Assembly: GCA_965205505.1 (NCBI GenBank)
Contig: CBDBHB010000007.1
Location: forward strand, 128,001 to 192,000
Length of the DNA stretch: 64,000 bases
DNA from: Acidobacteriota bacterium
GTDB lineage: Bacteria > Acidobacteriota > UBA890 > WLXD01
Reading direction: 5' to 3'
Position 1 is the stretch's first letter. Every line of letters begins with the position of its first letter. The position numbers and the translations under genes are program-made. The notes beneath the pieces are model-generated. The model saw nothing but the letters and a program-made list of their open reading frames with translations. It did no database searches and was not told the DNA's origin. Shown piece by piece: positions 52,522 to 62,674 of this stretch.

Positions 52522-55440
52522 TCAAAGGCGCGCCACGGGTTGCGACCGCAGCTGGTCGCGAACGGCTTCGACCCAGTGTCGTGCCTGGCGACCGGTGAAG
52601 TGCTCGATCTGGTGACGGCAACTGAACCCGCAGGCGACGATCTCGGTGGCCTCGTCGAGCGCCAGAATCGCCGGGAACAACCGATCCTCACCGATCTTGC
52701 GCGAGATCTCGTAGTGCTCCCTCTCATAACCGAAGGAGCCGGCCATGCCACAGCACCCGGAGTCGACTTCGTCGACCACTAATCCCGGTACCTGGCTCAG
52801 CACGCGCTTCATGGCATCGGTACCGTACAGGGCCTTCTGGTGACAGTGACCGTGGATCAACACACGGTCGGTGCTCGGCTTGAAACCGGGCTCGATCCGT
52901 CCCGCCGTGATCTCGGCGTCGAGGAACACGTCGATCATCGTCACGCCGGCGGCAACGCGATCCGCCAGCTCGTGATCGCCAACCAAATCGGGCAGGTCAT
53001 CGGTCAGCGCCGATGCACAGCTGGGCTCGCACACCAGCACCGGGACGCCGCGCTGGACGTAGGCGTCGAGCTGTCGGAGCGTAGCTTCGCCGTCCTGACG
53101 GGCCAGGCGCAGGAAGCCGTGCGAGATGCGCGGACGTTGGCAACAGCCGCCGGACACCAGCACGACCCGATAACCACACGCCGTCAGCAACTCGACGGCA
53201 GCTTTGCCGCTGCCGGGCTCGTGACAATCCATGTAGGTGTCGGCAAACAGTGCCACCTCGCGACCACCGTCCGTTGCTGCGTGCTCACCCATCCAGCGAT
53301 GCAACGGCTCGGCGGCGAGTGCGGGCAACGTGCGGCGCCGATCGACGCCGGCCATGGTCTCCAACAAGTACCGGAAGACGAAGCTCGCCTGCAACGAGTT
53401 CACCACCGGCGCCCAGCGGCCAGCGAGCCGGCGCGCCACCATGGACGAGTCACGAATCAGCCGATCGCGCAACGTCGCGCCGTGACGGTCATAGACCTTT
53501 TGCAAAACCTCGCTCTTGAGCGTTGCCATATCGACGTTCGAAGGACACTCGGTCTTGCACGCCTTGCAGGAGAGGCAGAGATCGAGCGCCTCGCGGAGGC
53601 GGCGGCTGGTGAGCCCCTCGGCACCGAGCTGTCCCGACATCGCCAGGCGCAGCGCGTTGGCGCGGCCGCGTGTCGAGTGCTCCTCGTCGCGCGTCGCCAT
53701 GTAGCTGGGGCACATCGTGCCGCCCAGCGTCTTGCGGCAGGCGCCGACGCCGCTGCACATCTCGACCGCAGCCGCAAAGCTACCGTCAGCACGGTACTGG
53801 AACACCGAGTCGCCGGCATCAACGCGATACGTCTCGCCGTACCGCAGGTTGTGGTGCATCGGCGGCGCATCGACGATCTTGCCGGGGTTCATCAGGTTCT
53901 GGGGGTCGAAGAGCTCCTTGACCTCGCCGAAGGCGCGATAGAGTCGAGCGCCGAAGTAACGTTCGTTAAACGGGCTGCGCACCAGACCGTCGCCGTGCTC
54001 CCCCGACCATGCTCCGCCGTATCGAACGACGAGCTCGAACGTGCGCTCGGCGATCTGTTGCATCTTCTCGATGTCCTCGCCGCGCCGCAGGTCGAGGATC
54101 GGGCGAACGTGGATGACACCGACGCTGGCGTGCGCATACATCGCCGCCTCAACACCGAGACCGCGGCAGATGTCGAGTACTCCAGCGATGTACTCCGGAA
54201 GAACCGCGATGGGTGCGGCAGCGTCCTCGATAAAGGGCAGCGGCTTGCGATCGCCCTTCATCCCCAGCATCAGACCGAGTCCGTTCTTGCGAACCTCCCA
54301 GACTCGGTCTTGCCCAGCCCTGTCGAGCAAGACAGGGAAGGCGTATCCGAGGCGGCGGGCGGTCAGGTCCGCGGCCACCCGATGAGCCCGCTCGGCAACG
54401 TCGGCCGCCGTATCCCCGTAAAACTCGACGATGAGCACCGCCGCAGGATCGCCTTCCAGGAAGTCGCAGATCTGCGCCGCCTGCCGATTGTCGCGCGCTA
54501 GCCGAAGCACGGTGTGGTCGAGGATCTCCACCGCCGAGGGGTCGAAAGGCAGGATGTGCTGGACGGAGCGGATCGTTTCCAGCAGGTCGCTGAAGTGCGC
54601 CACGCAGATGGACGTGTGGCGCGGCAACGGCTCCAGGCGAAGCTTCGCCTCTAGCGTCACGGCGAGCGTTCCCTCGCTACCTACGAGGATCTTGGCCGGG
54701 TTCCAGCCGTCGTCCGAGACCAGCTCGTCGAGCGGGTACCCGCCCACCCGGCGCATGACCTTCGGGTACCGCGCCGCGATCTCGTCGCGATTGTCGGCCA
54801 CGATGCGTCGCAGGCCACGATAGATCTCCGCCTCGCGGCCGCTTCCCACTGTCCGGGCAGCGAGCTCGTCGGACGACAGCTGACGCAGATCCAAGATCGT
54901 GCCATCGGCTAGCAACACCCTCAGCTCTTCGACGTGGTCGATGGTCTTGCCGAAGAGGATGCTCTTGGTTCCCGACGAATTATTGCCAATCATGCCGCCG
55001 ACATTGGCTCGATTGGCGGTCGCCGGGTCAGGAGCGAAGTGCAGGCCGTGCTCGGCAACAGCGGCGTTGAGCTCGTCGCGCACCAAGCCCGGCTCGACCC
55101 GTACGGTTCGCGCCTCGACGTCGAGCTCGAGAATGCGGTTCATGTACTTCGACAAATCGAGCACCATCGCCGCCGCTACCGTCTGCCCGGCCAAGCTCGT
55201 TCCACCCCCGCGCGGCAAGATGGGGAGCCGATGACGCACCGCGATCGCCACCGCACTCTCCACATCGTTGGCGTCGCGCGGAAGCACCACCACGACAGGC
55301 AGGATCTGGTAGTTGCTTGCGTCGGTAGCGTAGAGGCCTAGCGAGACCTCGTCGGTGAGCACCTCGCCACGGATAGCATGGCGGAGCTCGTCTTCTACGA
55401 TCCCGGCGTCAAAGCTCATGGGCGACTCGTCAACGCTCAT
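52522..55440 (-). CDS. FAD-binding and Fe-S-binding oxidoreductase (GlcD/GlcF fusion, YdiJ-like)
   Basis: PRGGGTSLAGQ, GSEGTL, SGEHGDG, CLSCKACKTECP and CCGMAGSFG motifs. Confidence 0.95.
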   Translation of the reverse strand: MSVDESPMSFDAGIVEDELRHAIRGEVLTDEVSLGLYATDASNYQILPVVVVLPRDANDVESAVAIAVRHRLPILPRGGGTSLAGQTVAAAMVLDLSKYMNRILELDVEARTVRVEPGLVRDELNAAVAEHGLHFAPDPATANRANVGGMIGNNSSGTKSILFGKTIDHVEELRVLLADGTILDLRQLSSDELAARTVGSGREAEIYRGLRRIVADNRDEIAARYPKVMRRVGGYPLDELVSDDGWNPAKILVGSEGTLAVTLEAKLRLEPLPRHTSICVAHFSDLLETIRSVQHILPFDPSAVEILDHTVLRLARDNRQAAQICDFLEGDPAAVLIVEFYGDTAADVAERAHRVAADLTARRLGYAFPVLLDRAGQDRVWEVRKNGLGLMLGMKGDRKPLPFIEDAAAPIAVLPEYIAGVLDICRGLGVEAAMYAHASVGVIHVRPILDLRRGEDIEKMQQIAERTFELVVRYGGAWSGEHGDGLVRSPFNERYFGARLYRAFGEVKELFDPQNLMNPGKIVDAPPMHHNLRYGETYRVDAGDSVFQYRADGSFAAAVEMCSGVGACRKTLGGTMCPSYMATRDEEHSTRGRANALRLAMSGQLGAEGLTSRRLREALDLCLSCKACKTECPSNVDMATLKSEVLQKVYDRHGATLRDRLIRDSSMVARRLAGRWAPVVNSLQASFVFRYLLETMAGVDRRRTLPALAAEPLHRWMGEHAATDGGREVALFADTYMDCHEPGSGKAAVELLTACGYRVVLVSGGCCQRPRISHGFLRLARQDGEATLRQLDAYVQRGVPVLVCEPSCASALTDDLPDLVGDHELADRVAAGVTMIDVFLDAEITAGRIEPGFKPSTDRVLIHGHCHQKALYGTDAMKRVLSQVPGLVVDEVDSGCCGMAGSFGYEREHYEISRKIGEDRLFPAILALDEATEIVACGFSCRHQIEHFTGRQARHWVEAVRDQLRSQPVARL

Positions 55441-55712
55441 CGAGCTACCTGCACGCGAAGATCCGCGCGAGTCGCTGACGCTTGGTGCGATGCAGCGTGT
55501 GCATGAAACCTCCGGTCGCGCCTGGCATCCGGTCCCATTTCGCCACCACGATATGCAACGATCATCTGTTACAGGCCACTAGTGCTGCGCCCCACGATAG
55601 CCGCAAGGGAGCGTCGGTGCACCAACCGGGCGGCCGCGGCGCGATACCATGCGTGCCTTTCGCGGCTGCCCCCATCGGCCGACGATTTTCTCCCGCAACA
55701 TAGAGGGGCTCC

Positions 55713-56615
55713 GTGCGGGCGCATGACCGCGGCTTCCTGGTGGTGTTCGTGGCCAGCGCGTGCCTCAGCACCCTGCCAACGGCTGTCAAGATCGGACTCA
55801 CCGTAGGGGCTGCAACACCGCTGCAGTTGCTAGCACCTCGGATGGTGATCGGCAGCAGCTTCATCGGGCTGTATCTGCTGCTGAGGCGGTCTGGGGGGAT
55901 CCTCATCGATCGCCGCGGGCGCCAAAGCGCAGCGCTGGCCGGCGTCTTCAACCTCTTGGCCCTGCTGTTCTTCTACTGGGCTCTGCGGCGAATCGACGCC
56001 GCCGTCGGCATGTTGGTGTTCTCCACCTATCCGGCGCTGTTGCTCGGTGTGCTGGCGCTACGCGGCGAGTCCATCACACGGCTCGACTGGACGCGCCTGG
56101 CAATGGCACTGCTGGGCATTGCGCTCGTGTCAGACCTGACCGGTGACGTTGATCCGCTGGGCATCTTCTTCGCGGTTGTGTGCGCCACCTTCTACGCCCT
56201 TTACATGCTCGTCATCCATACGCGCCTGGTGGCCTATCCGGCCACCAGCACAGCGCTCTGGATCACCGGCACGATGGGGCTGTTGGCGTATCTGTTGATC
56301 CCGCTGGAGGCGCCGGGCGAGCCGTTGTCGAGCGTCGGCTGGGCAGTGGTGCTGTGGTCGGCTGTCATCGGCACCGCCATAGCCCGCGTCGCGACGATCC
56401 AGGGTGTACGCCTCCTAGGCGGCGGGCAGACCGCGCTGCTCATGCCGATCGAGGCGATCATGAGCCTGGCCTGGGCGGCCATGTTGCTCGGTGAGCGACT
56501 CGCGCCGATGCAGTGGCTCGGGGCCGGCATGATCATCGGCTCTGTGATGCTGGCGCCAGCCCGCCGCTTGCACCTGGAACGCCGCCGTAGGCGCCACGCA
56601 TCGAGCCACGCCTGA
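55713..56615 (+). CDS. DMT/EamA-family transporter
   Basis: About ten TM helices in two repeats; LLGERL...QWLG motif. Confidence 0.85.
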   Translation: MRAHDRGFLVVFVASACLSTLPTAVKIGLTVGAATPLQLLAPRMVIGSSFIGLYLLLRRSGGILIDRRGRQSAALAGVFNLLALLFFYWALRRIDAAVGMLVFSTYPALLLGVLALRGESITRLDWTRLAMALLGIALVSDLTGDVDPLGIFFAVVCATFYALYMLVIHTRLVAYPATSTALWITGTMGLLAYLLIPLEAPGEPLSSVGWAVVLWSAVIGTAIARVATIQGVRLLGGGQTALLMPIEAIMSLAWAAMLLGERLAPMQWLGAGMIIGSVMLAPARRLHLERRRRRHASSHA

Positions 56616-56669
56616 GGAGCCGCACCCTTGTGCGGCCGTCGCCCGACCCCGCCGGCGGACGCCTGCCGA

Positions 56670-58013
56670 CTACAGAATCCCGGCGCCCACCAGCAGCACA
56701 AAGGCCACCGCCACCGGAATGAGAAACACCATCAACGGCTTCCAGGCGGCGGTAACGCGCACCCGGCCGGCCCCGGCATTGGTCTCATCACGGAAACGAT
56801 CGAATCCCCAGACAAAGGCGACATACACGGCTAGCGTCAAACCGGCGAGGGGAAGCAGGTAGCGCCCAGATGTCACGTCGGCGAACGCGAATAGGTCCAT
56901 CCCGAACACGCGCAGGTCCGAGCCCGGCGCCAACGACAAGATTACCGGAGTGGATAGCAGGCCAAAGACGCTGGCCAGCAACCAGGTGGCGGTGGCACGG
57001 CGCAGCCTGGTCAAGTCGGTGAGCGTCGTCGTCAGTACCTCGAACAGCGCTGCCGCGGAGGTTATCGCGGCCAGGATCAACAGGAAGAAGAATGCGCCGC
57101 CGAAGAGGTTACCGGCGGGCATGCGCGCGAACATGTTCGTCATGGTGACGAACAGCAAGCCCGGGCCGGTATCGGGCTCGAGTCCGAAAGCGAACAGCGC
57201 CGGAAAGATGACCAGGCCGGCGAGAAAGGCCACAAACGTGTCACACGCCACCACCAACGCGACGCTGCCAGGAACATCGCTCTTCTGTCGGTGCAGGTAA
57301 CTGCCGAGACCGAAGGCCGTGGCCATCCCGATACCGATCGAGTAGAAAGCGTGACCGAGGGCCTCCAGCACGATACGGCCATTGATAGCCGAGAAGTCGG
57401 GCATGAGGTACCAGACGAGACCCTGCCAGGCACCCGGGTAGGTCACCGATCGGATCGCCAACAGTAGTAGCAAGACGAACAGCACCGGCATCGCGTACAT
57501 GCTCACGCGCTCGAGACCACGCCGCAGCCCACGGCTAGCAATCAACGCCAGCACCACGATCACCAGCATCGTGTACGCGATCACTGGGCCGGGGGTGCCG
57601 ATAAACGTTTCGTAGGTGGCGACGAGTCGGTCCGGCGGCACGGTCGCGAGCTGCCCGGTGACGATCATGCGGAAATAGCCGAGAATCCACCCGATCAGCA
57701 TCAAGTAGTACGACTGAATCAGTATTGCGGCGGTCACGCCCAGCCAGGCGATGAGGTTCCAGGGGCTCCAGACCGATCCGGTGAGGCTGATCATCCCCGC
57801 CAGCGGGGTCAATTGCGCTTTGCGACCCAGGCTCATCTCGGCGCTCATCAGCGGGATGCCGATGAGGATGCTGAACAGGACGTAGATCAGCAGGAAGGCA
57901 CCGCCACCATTGGTCCCGGTGAGGTAGGGGAACCGCCAGATGTTCCCCAGGCCAACGGCGAATCCCGCCGTTGCCATGATGAACCCGAAACGACTGGCCC
58001 AGGTTTCGCGCAA
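56670..58013 (-). CDS. Sodium-dependent transporter (NSS/SLC6 family)
   Basis: RETWASRFGFIM..AG.AVGLGNIWRFPY…GGGAFL; GPGLLF. Confidence 0.95.
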   Translation of the reverse strand: MRETWASRFGFIMATAGFAVGLGNIWRFPYLTGTNGGGAFLLIYVLFSILIGIPLMSAEMSLGRKAQLTPLAGMISLTGSVWSPWNLIAWLGVTAAILIQSYYLMLIGWILGYFRMIVTGQLATVPPDRLVATYETFIGTPGPVIAYTMLVIVVLALIASRGLRRGLERVSMYAMPVLFVLLLLLAIRSVTYPGAWQGLVWYLMPDFSAINGRIVLEALGHAFYSIGIGMATAFGLGSYLHRQKSDVPGSVALVVACDTFVAFLAGLVIFPALFAFGLEPDTGPGLLFVTMTNMFARMPAGNLFGGAFFFLLILAAITSAAALFEVLTTTLTDLTRLRRATATWLLASVFGLLSTPVILSLAPGSDLRVFGMDLFAFADVTSGRYLLPLAGLTLAVYVAFVWGFDRFRDETNAGAGRVRVTAAWKPLMVFLIPVAVAFVLLVGAGIL

Positions 58014-58102
58014 TGTCGGCGCCTCGCGAGGAAATTCGGCGCCTATTGTAGGCGACCAACGTCAGCCGTGAGCAGGGCCGGACCATGCGGGCTTTCCCCG
58101 CC

Positions 58103-58369
58103 CTATTCGCTCGTGCCGGCTTCCTTGGTCTCCTCGGCTTCCTTGGTCTCCTCGGACTCCTTGGTCGCCTCGGACTCCTGGGACTCCTCGGGCTCCGCGA
58201 CGATACCGAGGCCGACGAGGTCATCATGAGACGCCATCTGCGTTCCTGGCTTCTTGCCATGACGACGCTCGCGCTTGAGGGCCTGCTTCTCGGCCTTCCG
58301 CCGCTCACGTTGTCGCTTGGCAGCCTCTCGCTGTCGCTTCAGTACTGATGTTCTACTTCGTCTGGCCAT
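58103..58369 (-). CDS. Small basic coiled-coil protein with acidic hexapeptide-repeat tail
   Basis: MARRSRTSVLKRQREAAKRQRERRKAEK…; 18-bp repeats encode EESQES/EATKES/EETKEA/EETKEA. Confidence 0.65.
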   Translation of the reverse strand: MARRSRTSVLKRQREAAKRQRERRKAEKQALKRERRHGKKPGTQMASHDDLVGLGIVAEPEESQESEATKESEETKEAEETKEAGTSE

Positions 58370-58515
58370 AAACCCCTGCAAATGTTGTCTGGAATCGAAG
58401 GCGTCGTTGCCGCCTTGCCAAGCGTCAACGAAGAAAGCGCGACGCCCAGTACAGCACCAGCGGCGCGACGGTAGTGTCGAACGGGACTCGGTACCGACGG
58501 ATGCCCGCGACGAGG

Positions 58516-58716
58516 CTAAAGGGCGCGAACGTTAGCCGCCGCGAGCCCTTTGGGCCCTTCTGTCACATCGAACTCTACCTTCTGCTCTTCGCGCAGCGTA
58601 CGGTGGCCCTCGGCGACAATCGCGCTCTGGTGTACGAACACGTCCGGGCCCTCATCCTGGGTAATGAAGCCGAAGTCCTTGGTGTCGTTGAACCACTTCA
58701 CGGTGCCTGTGGTCAT
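58516..58716 (-). CDS. Cold-shock protein (CspA family)
   Basis: GTVKWFN, K(D)FGFI, DVFVH and GPKG..A.NV motifs; strong GGAGG RBS. Confidence 0.95.
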   Translation of the reverse strand: MTTGTVKWFNDTKDFGFITQDEGPDVFVHQSAIVAEGHRTLREEQKVEFDVTEGPKGLAAANVRAL

Positions 58717-58909
58717 AGCATCTCCTCCTTCGAAGGAACATGGTGGGGTTGCCTTGACGGAGGCGGTGCCGACCCTCGGCACAGCATGCTCTGACTTGAG
58801 CGTCGCGAGCGAGAATTCGCGCTCGGCGCCAATCACAACTTTCCCTTCGTATCAGTGGAATTCTAGCAGGCACGAGTACGGCCGGCTCCACCCCGGGCTC
58901 GTCGCTGTC

Positions 58910-58939
58910 GCGGCGCCATGAGGGGCGGCGCCATGAGGG
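58910..58939. repeat. Perfect 15-bp tandem duplication
   Basis: GCGGCGCCATGAGGG occurs twice, upstream of the MFS gene. Confidence 0.85.
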
Positions 58940-58971
58940 ATTGTGTTGCACGGCGGGTACACTTGGCGGCA

Positions 58972-60266
58972 ATGCCTAGTGCCAGCGCAACAACGCGGTT
59001 GTTTCCGATCCTGCTGGTGAACTTCATCGGCACGCTGGGCTTTAGCATCGTGCTGCCGTTTCTCGCCGTCCTGGTCGGAAGGCTTGGCGGCAACGCTCTG
59101 GTGTACGGCAGCCTCGGGGCGACCTACGCCGCTTTCCAGCTAATCGGCGCACCCATCCTGGGTCGTTGGTCCGACGCGCGCGGCCGCCGCCTCGTGCTGC
59201 TGGTCAGCCAGGTCGGCACGCTGATCTCGTGGCTCGTCTTCCTCTTTGCGCTCTATCTTCCGAACAGTGCGCTGCTCGAGGTCGACTCCCCGTGGCTGGG
59301 GGTATTCGCCATCACGGTTCCGCTAGCCGTTCTCTACGTGGCCCGCGCCCTCGACGGTCTGACCGGGGGAAACGTCTCGGTAGCGAACGCGTATCTGGCC
59401 GACGTGACGCCGGAAGACGAGCGACAGCGGAGCTTCGGCCGCATGGCCGTCGCGGGCAATCTGGGGTTCATAGTCGGGCCGGTGTTGGGGGGGGGTTGCT
59501 CGGGTCGACCGCGGCGGGTGAAATCCCGGTGGTGATGGCCGCGGCGTTGATCTCGTGCATCGCGGCAGTGCTGATCGCGCGCTATTTGCCCGAGTCGCGC
59601 CCGTGCGCACTACAGCGTAGCCCCGAGACAAACAGCGTGCGCAAGGTCTTCGGCCAGGAGCAGCGCGACTGCTATCGGCTCGAGAAACCCGCAGGCACCG
59701 GGCTGCGCCAGATTCTCGCGCTCCGCTGTGTGCCGTACCTGCTGACGCTCAACTTCCTGATCTTTCTTGCCTTCAACTTCTTCTACACGGCGTTTCCGAT
59801 GCACGCGACTCAGGGTCTGGGCTGGTCGGCAAGCGGGATCGGTAGTTTCTTCTCCTTTCTCGGCTTTGTCACGGTGCTCACTCAGGGGCCATTGCTTGCC
59901 CGGTTATCGAAGAAATTCGAAGAGACCTCATTGATCATCGCCGGAGGCATACTCCTCGCCAGCGGCTTCATGGCGTTCTTGTCGTCGACAACCGTGGTGC
60001 TCTACTGCGGCGCTGCCCTCTTCTCCGTCGGCAACGGGCTCATGTGGCCTTCGTTCCTGGCGCTTCTATCCAAGTACGCGGGCGATCGGTACCAGGGCGC
60101 CGTACAGGGACTCTCGAGCAGCGTCGGAAGTCTTGCCAGCATCATCGGCCTCATAAGTGGTGGTCTTCTATACGGAGCTGTTGGCCCGATGATGTTCCTG
60201 GCACGGGCAATTCTGATCCTGGCGACGGTTGCGCTGTCCCTCCGCTTTGTCGTCATAGCGCGCTAG
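58972..60266 (+). pseudogene. MFS transporter (TetA/DHA1-like), frameshifted at G9 tract 59487-59495
   Basis: GRWSDARGRR, ARALDGLTGGNVSVANAY.AD and GFIVGP.LGG motifs; continues in ORF 59166..60266. Confidence 0.88.
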
Positions 60267-60314
60267 CAGGCCTTGGCAGTGCTCGTAGTCACCAGGGCGG
60301 CGGCTTCCGACCAA

Positions 60315-61790
60315 TTAGTGAATGAGATAAAGCTCCTCTTGTGGGGGAGATAGATACTCGACTCCACTTTCGGTGGCAATCGCCCCTTCATGATCCCACC
60401 AGAGCAAGTACTGGTCTTCGCCCTCGCTGGTGGGCGACGGCATATAGAAGAAATACTCCAAAACGAAATGGTGATTAGGTTGGAGTGGTGTGTCTTTCGA
60501 CCAATCTGGTCCGTAGGAACCGATCCTGGGGGCGAAATAGGTCTCGACCACTCGCTCTCGCGCGCCTTTCATCTCACCGTGGGCGTCGACAGTAAGGTGG
60601 GTTTTGTCAGGATCAAAGCCGGCGGAGTAGACGGGGAAGTCGTTCTTTGGAATGACCATGTGCAATTGATCATCCCTGACAACAATCCCTTCCTCTTCGA
60701 ACTTTCGCGTGTAGTTTCGAATGATCTCACGAGGGGTAAGGCCCGCTCTAATGGTCTCGGCCAGAATCCTATCGATCTTCAGATACTCTACCCAGAGGTT
60801 TTGGATTTCTTCAGGCGGCTCCGTCTCGCCGTCGCGGAGCACATAGGCGTACATCCCCACTCCCTCTGCCGCGAGAATGTCGCCTCCCTGGATCACACTG
60901 TTTTCCCAGCCCGTGCTCCGTCCTCTTTGTGACAGGCCTGTGCTCATCCGACGAAGGACGGTGGCTCCCGCATAGTAGAGGTCCCGACCGAACTCGCTGT
61001 GCTTGGTTACGCCGGGCACCACTTCAGCGAAAGCTTGGTTTACGCGCTCAATTTCGTCCTTGCGCATGCTCCTGAGTAGCTCGATCTCACTCGGCACCTT
61101 CCTCGCGATGTAGTCCATCAGCACATATTCGGACGAGACCAGCCGATTGGCATATTTCTCACCGAGCTCCTCGGCCAACAGTATGTAGTCTGTATGCGAG
61201 ATGCCGTCTTGGTGTCGTCTGTAGGTTGCCCACTGTGCGAGGTCCCGCTTGAAGTTCACAGCAATACGCTGCGGGTCACGTGCTGCAACAAACGCTCTAA
61301 GGCCCTTGAATCGATAGTCATACTCCGTCATCGGGCTGCTCAGCGGTTCCTTTACAAACACTGGGGCGCCGATTATGTCGTAGGCTCCGAGTTCTTCAAT
61401 CACATCCTTGTAGCCCGCACCCCCTCCTTGCTCCCGCTGTGACGCTCCCCACCGCCGCCCGAGAATCGCCCGTTCGATCCTGTCACGACCGCGATCGGTG
61501 AAGACGAACACGCCGGAGCTGCTGCCCAGTTCTTCGGCACCGAACGAGTCGGGAATCGCCTCTCTGATTATGTGGATCCACATGTCGACATTGTTCTTTC
61601 TCATCGCTTGGGGCAGAACGACGTCGAACTTATCCCGACGAATCTGATTGTTCGCCTCTTTCAGGCGGAGCTCTTCCTGGGCCTGTGCTGTGGTATGAGC
61701 CTGAGCGAAAAGGCCGACCAACAGAAACATGCACAGGAGACGCGACGAAGTCGGCCGCGGGCCCCACAAGACGATCCGTTTCCTTGTCAT
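60315..61790 (-). CDS. Secreted Xaa-Pro aminopeptidase (M24)-like protein, divergent
   Basis: Signal peptide; LPQAMRKNNVDMWI, RDPQRIAVN and C-terminal GVEYLSPPQEELYLI typical of this group; lower GC than its neighbours. Confidence 0.6.
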   Translation of the reverse strand: MTRKRIVLWGPRPTSSRLLCMFLLVGLFAQAHTTAQAQEELRLKEANNQIRRDKFDVVLPQAMRKNNVDMWIHIIREAIPDSFGAEELGSSSGVFVFTDRGRDRIERAILGRRWGASQREQGGGAGYKDVIEELGAYDIIGAPVFVKEPLSSPMTEYDYRFKGLRAFVAARDPQRIAVNFKRDLAQWATYRRHQDGISHTDYILLAEELGEKYANRLVSSEYVLMDYIARKVPSEIELLRSMRKDEIERVNQAFAEVVPGVTKHSEFGRDLYYAGATVLRRMSTGLSQRGRSTGWENSVIQGGDILAAEGVGMYAYVLRDGETEPPEEIQNLWVEYLKIDRILAETIRAGLTPREIIRNYTRKFEEEGIVVRDDQLHMVIPKNDFPVYSAGFDPDKTHLTVDAHGEMKGARERVVETYFAPRIGSYGPDWSKDTPLQPNHHFVLEYFFYMPSPTSEGEDQYLLWWDHEGAIATESGVEYLSPPQEELYLIH

Positions 61791-61926
61791 GAGTACCTCC
61801 GTTACCGCGCAGACACGCTTTCCCTATCCCAGCCGGCAGCGTAATTCGACCGCGACCTGGGGTTCAAGGGCGTTTGATGTGGCAGCGTGGGCCGGTGCGT
61901 CCAATGGCCGCACCATCCCCTGCCGT

Positions 61927-62574
61927 TCAGTCTCGAGGGGCCCGCTCCAGGCCGTCCAGGATCAAGTCGAGGACGAAGTCGTACGGGAACTCGTACTGAC
62001 CGCTGGCGAGCAGGTCGCTCACCATCTCGTGCATGTACGGATGGGCGTCCGTGGGCAGACTGTGCAGGACGCTCCGGGTCAGGTCTGCGCGATCGCCAAG
62101 ATCCTGCGGAAGGGCAGCCTCCTGCTGGGTGAACCCGAGGATGTGGCCGTCGAGCGCGAGGAAGCCTTGCCGGGCCATCCCGGGGGAGAATCCCGCCTTC
62201 CTCAGCGTGCCGACGAGCGCGTCGTAGAACGCCAATCGCTCGGGGCCGAGCGTCGTCATGCCCGAGGACATGGTCGTGCAGGCCCAGGGGTGCCGTAGCA
62301 GTGCGTCGTGGGCCGAGATCGCGCTGTTGCGGAGGGCGAGCTTCCAGTCAGGTCCAGAGGGCAACGCAAACTCACTCGCGACCAGGTCGGTGATACCAGA
62401 CAGGACATCGTCCTTGTTGGCGACATGGTTGTAGAGCGACATCACGCCTACCCCGAGGGTACGGGCGATCTCGCGCATCGACAGGGACGACACGCCGGAC
62501 CTGTCGGAGAGCTCCAGGGCGGCCCGTAGTACGCGCTCGCGGCTAAGCGGGACGCGTGGGGCAGGGGTCGACAT
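61927..62574 (-). CDS. TetR-family regulator with TetR_C domain
   Basis: LSRERVLRAA…LSMREIARTLGVGVMSLYNHVANKDD; RHPW; LDLILDGLE. Confidence 0.93.
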   Translation of the reverse strand: MSTPAPRVPLSRERVLRAALELSDRSGVSSLSMREIARTLGVGVMSLYNHVANKDDVLSGITDLVASEFALPSGPDWKLALRNSAISAHDALLRHPWACTTMSSGMTTLGPERLAFYDALVGTLRKAGFSPGMARQGFLALDGHILGFTQQEAALPQDLGDRADLTRSVLHSLPTDAHPYMHEMVSDLLASGQYEFPYDFVLDLILDGLERAPRD

Positions 62575-62627
62575 ACGTACAGCGTACGCGATGGGTATAG
62601 TATTAGGCATACGTACGGTGTACGTAT
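62573..62627. promoter_or_regulatory. Two TetR operator palindromes between divergent genes
   Basis: Perfect ATACGTAC-GGT-GTACGTAT (62609-62627) and imperfect ATACGTAC-AGC-GTACGCGA (62573-62591). Confidence 0.8.
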
Positions 62628-62674
62628 CACGACGCAACGCGGCCTCCAGGGCCGCGAGACACCAGGAAGAAGCT

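Noticed and set aside
52840-54501. Long antisense ORFs (also 3142..4281, 27686..28846, 41067..42101, 13401..14585)
   Set aside because: Shadow frames of well-supported genes in high-GC DNA with no recognisable motifs.
62573-62627. TetR operator palindromes as a novel element
   Set aside because: Standard arrangement for a divergent TetR-target pair; listed as a feature only.
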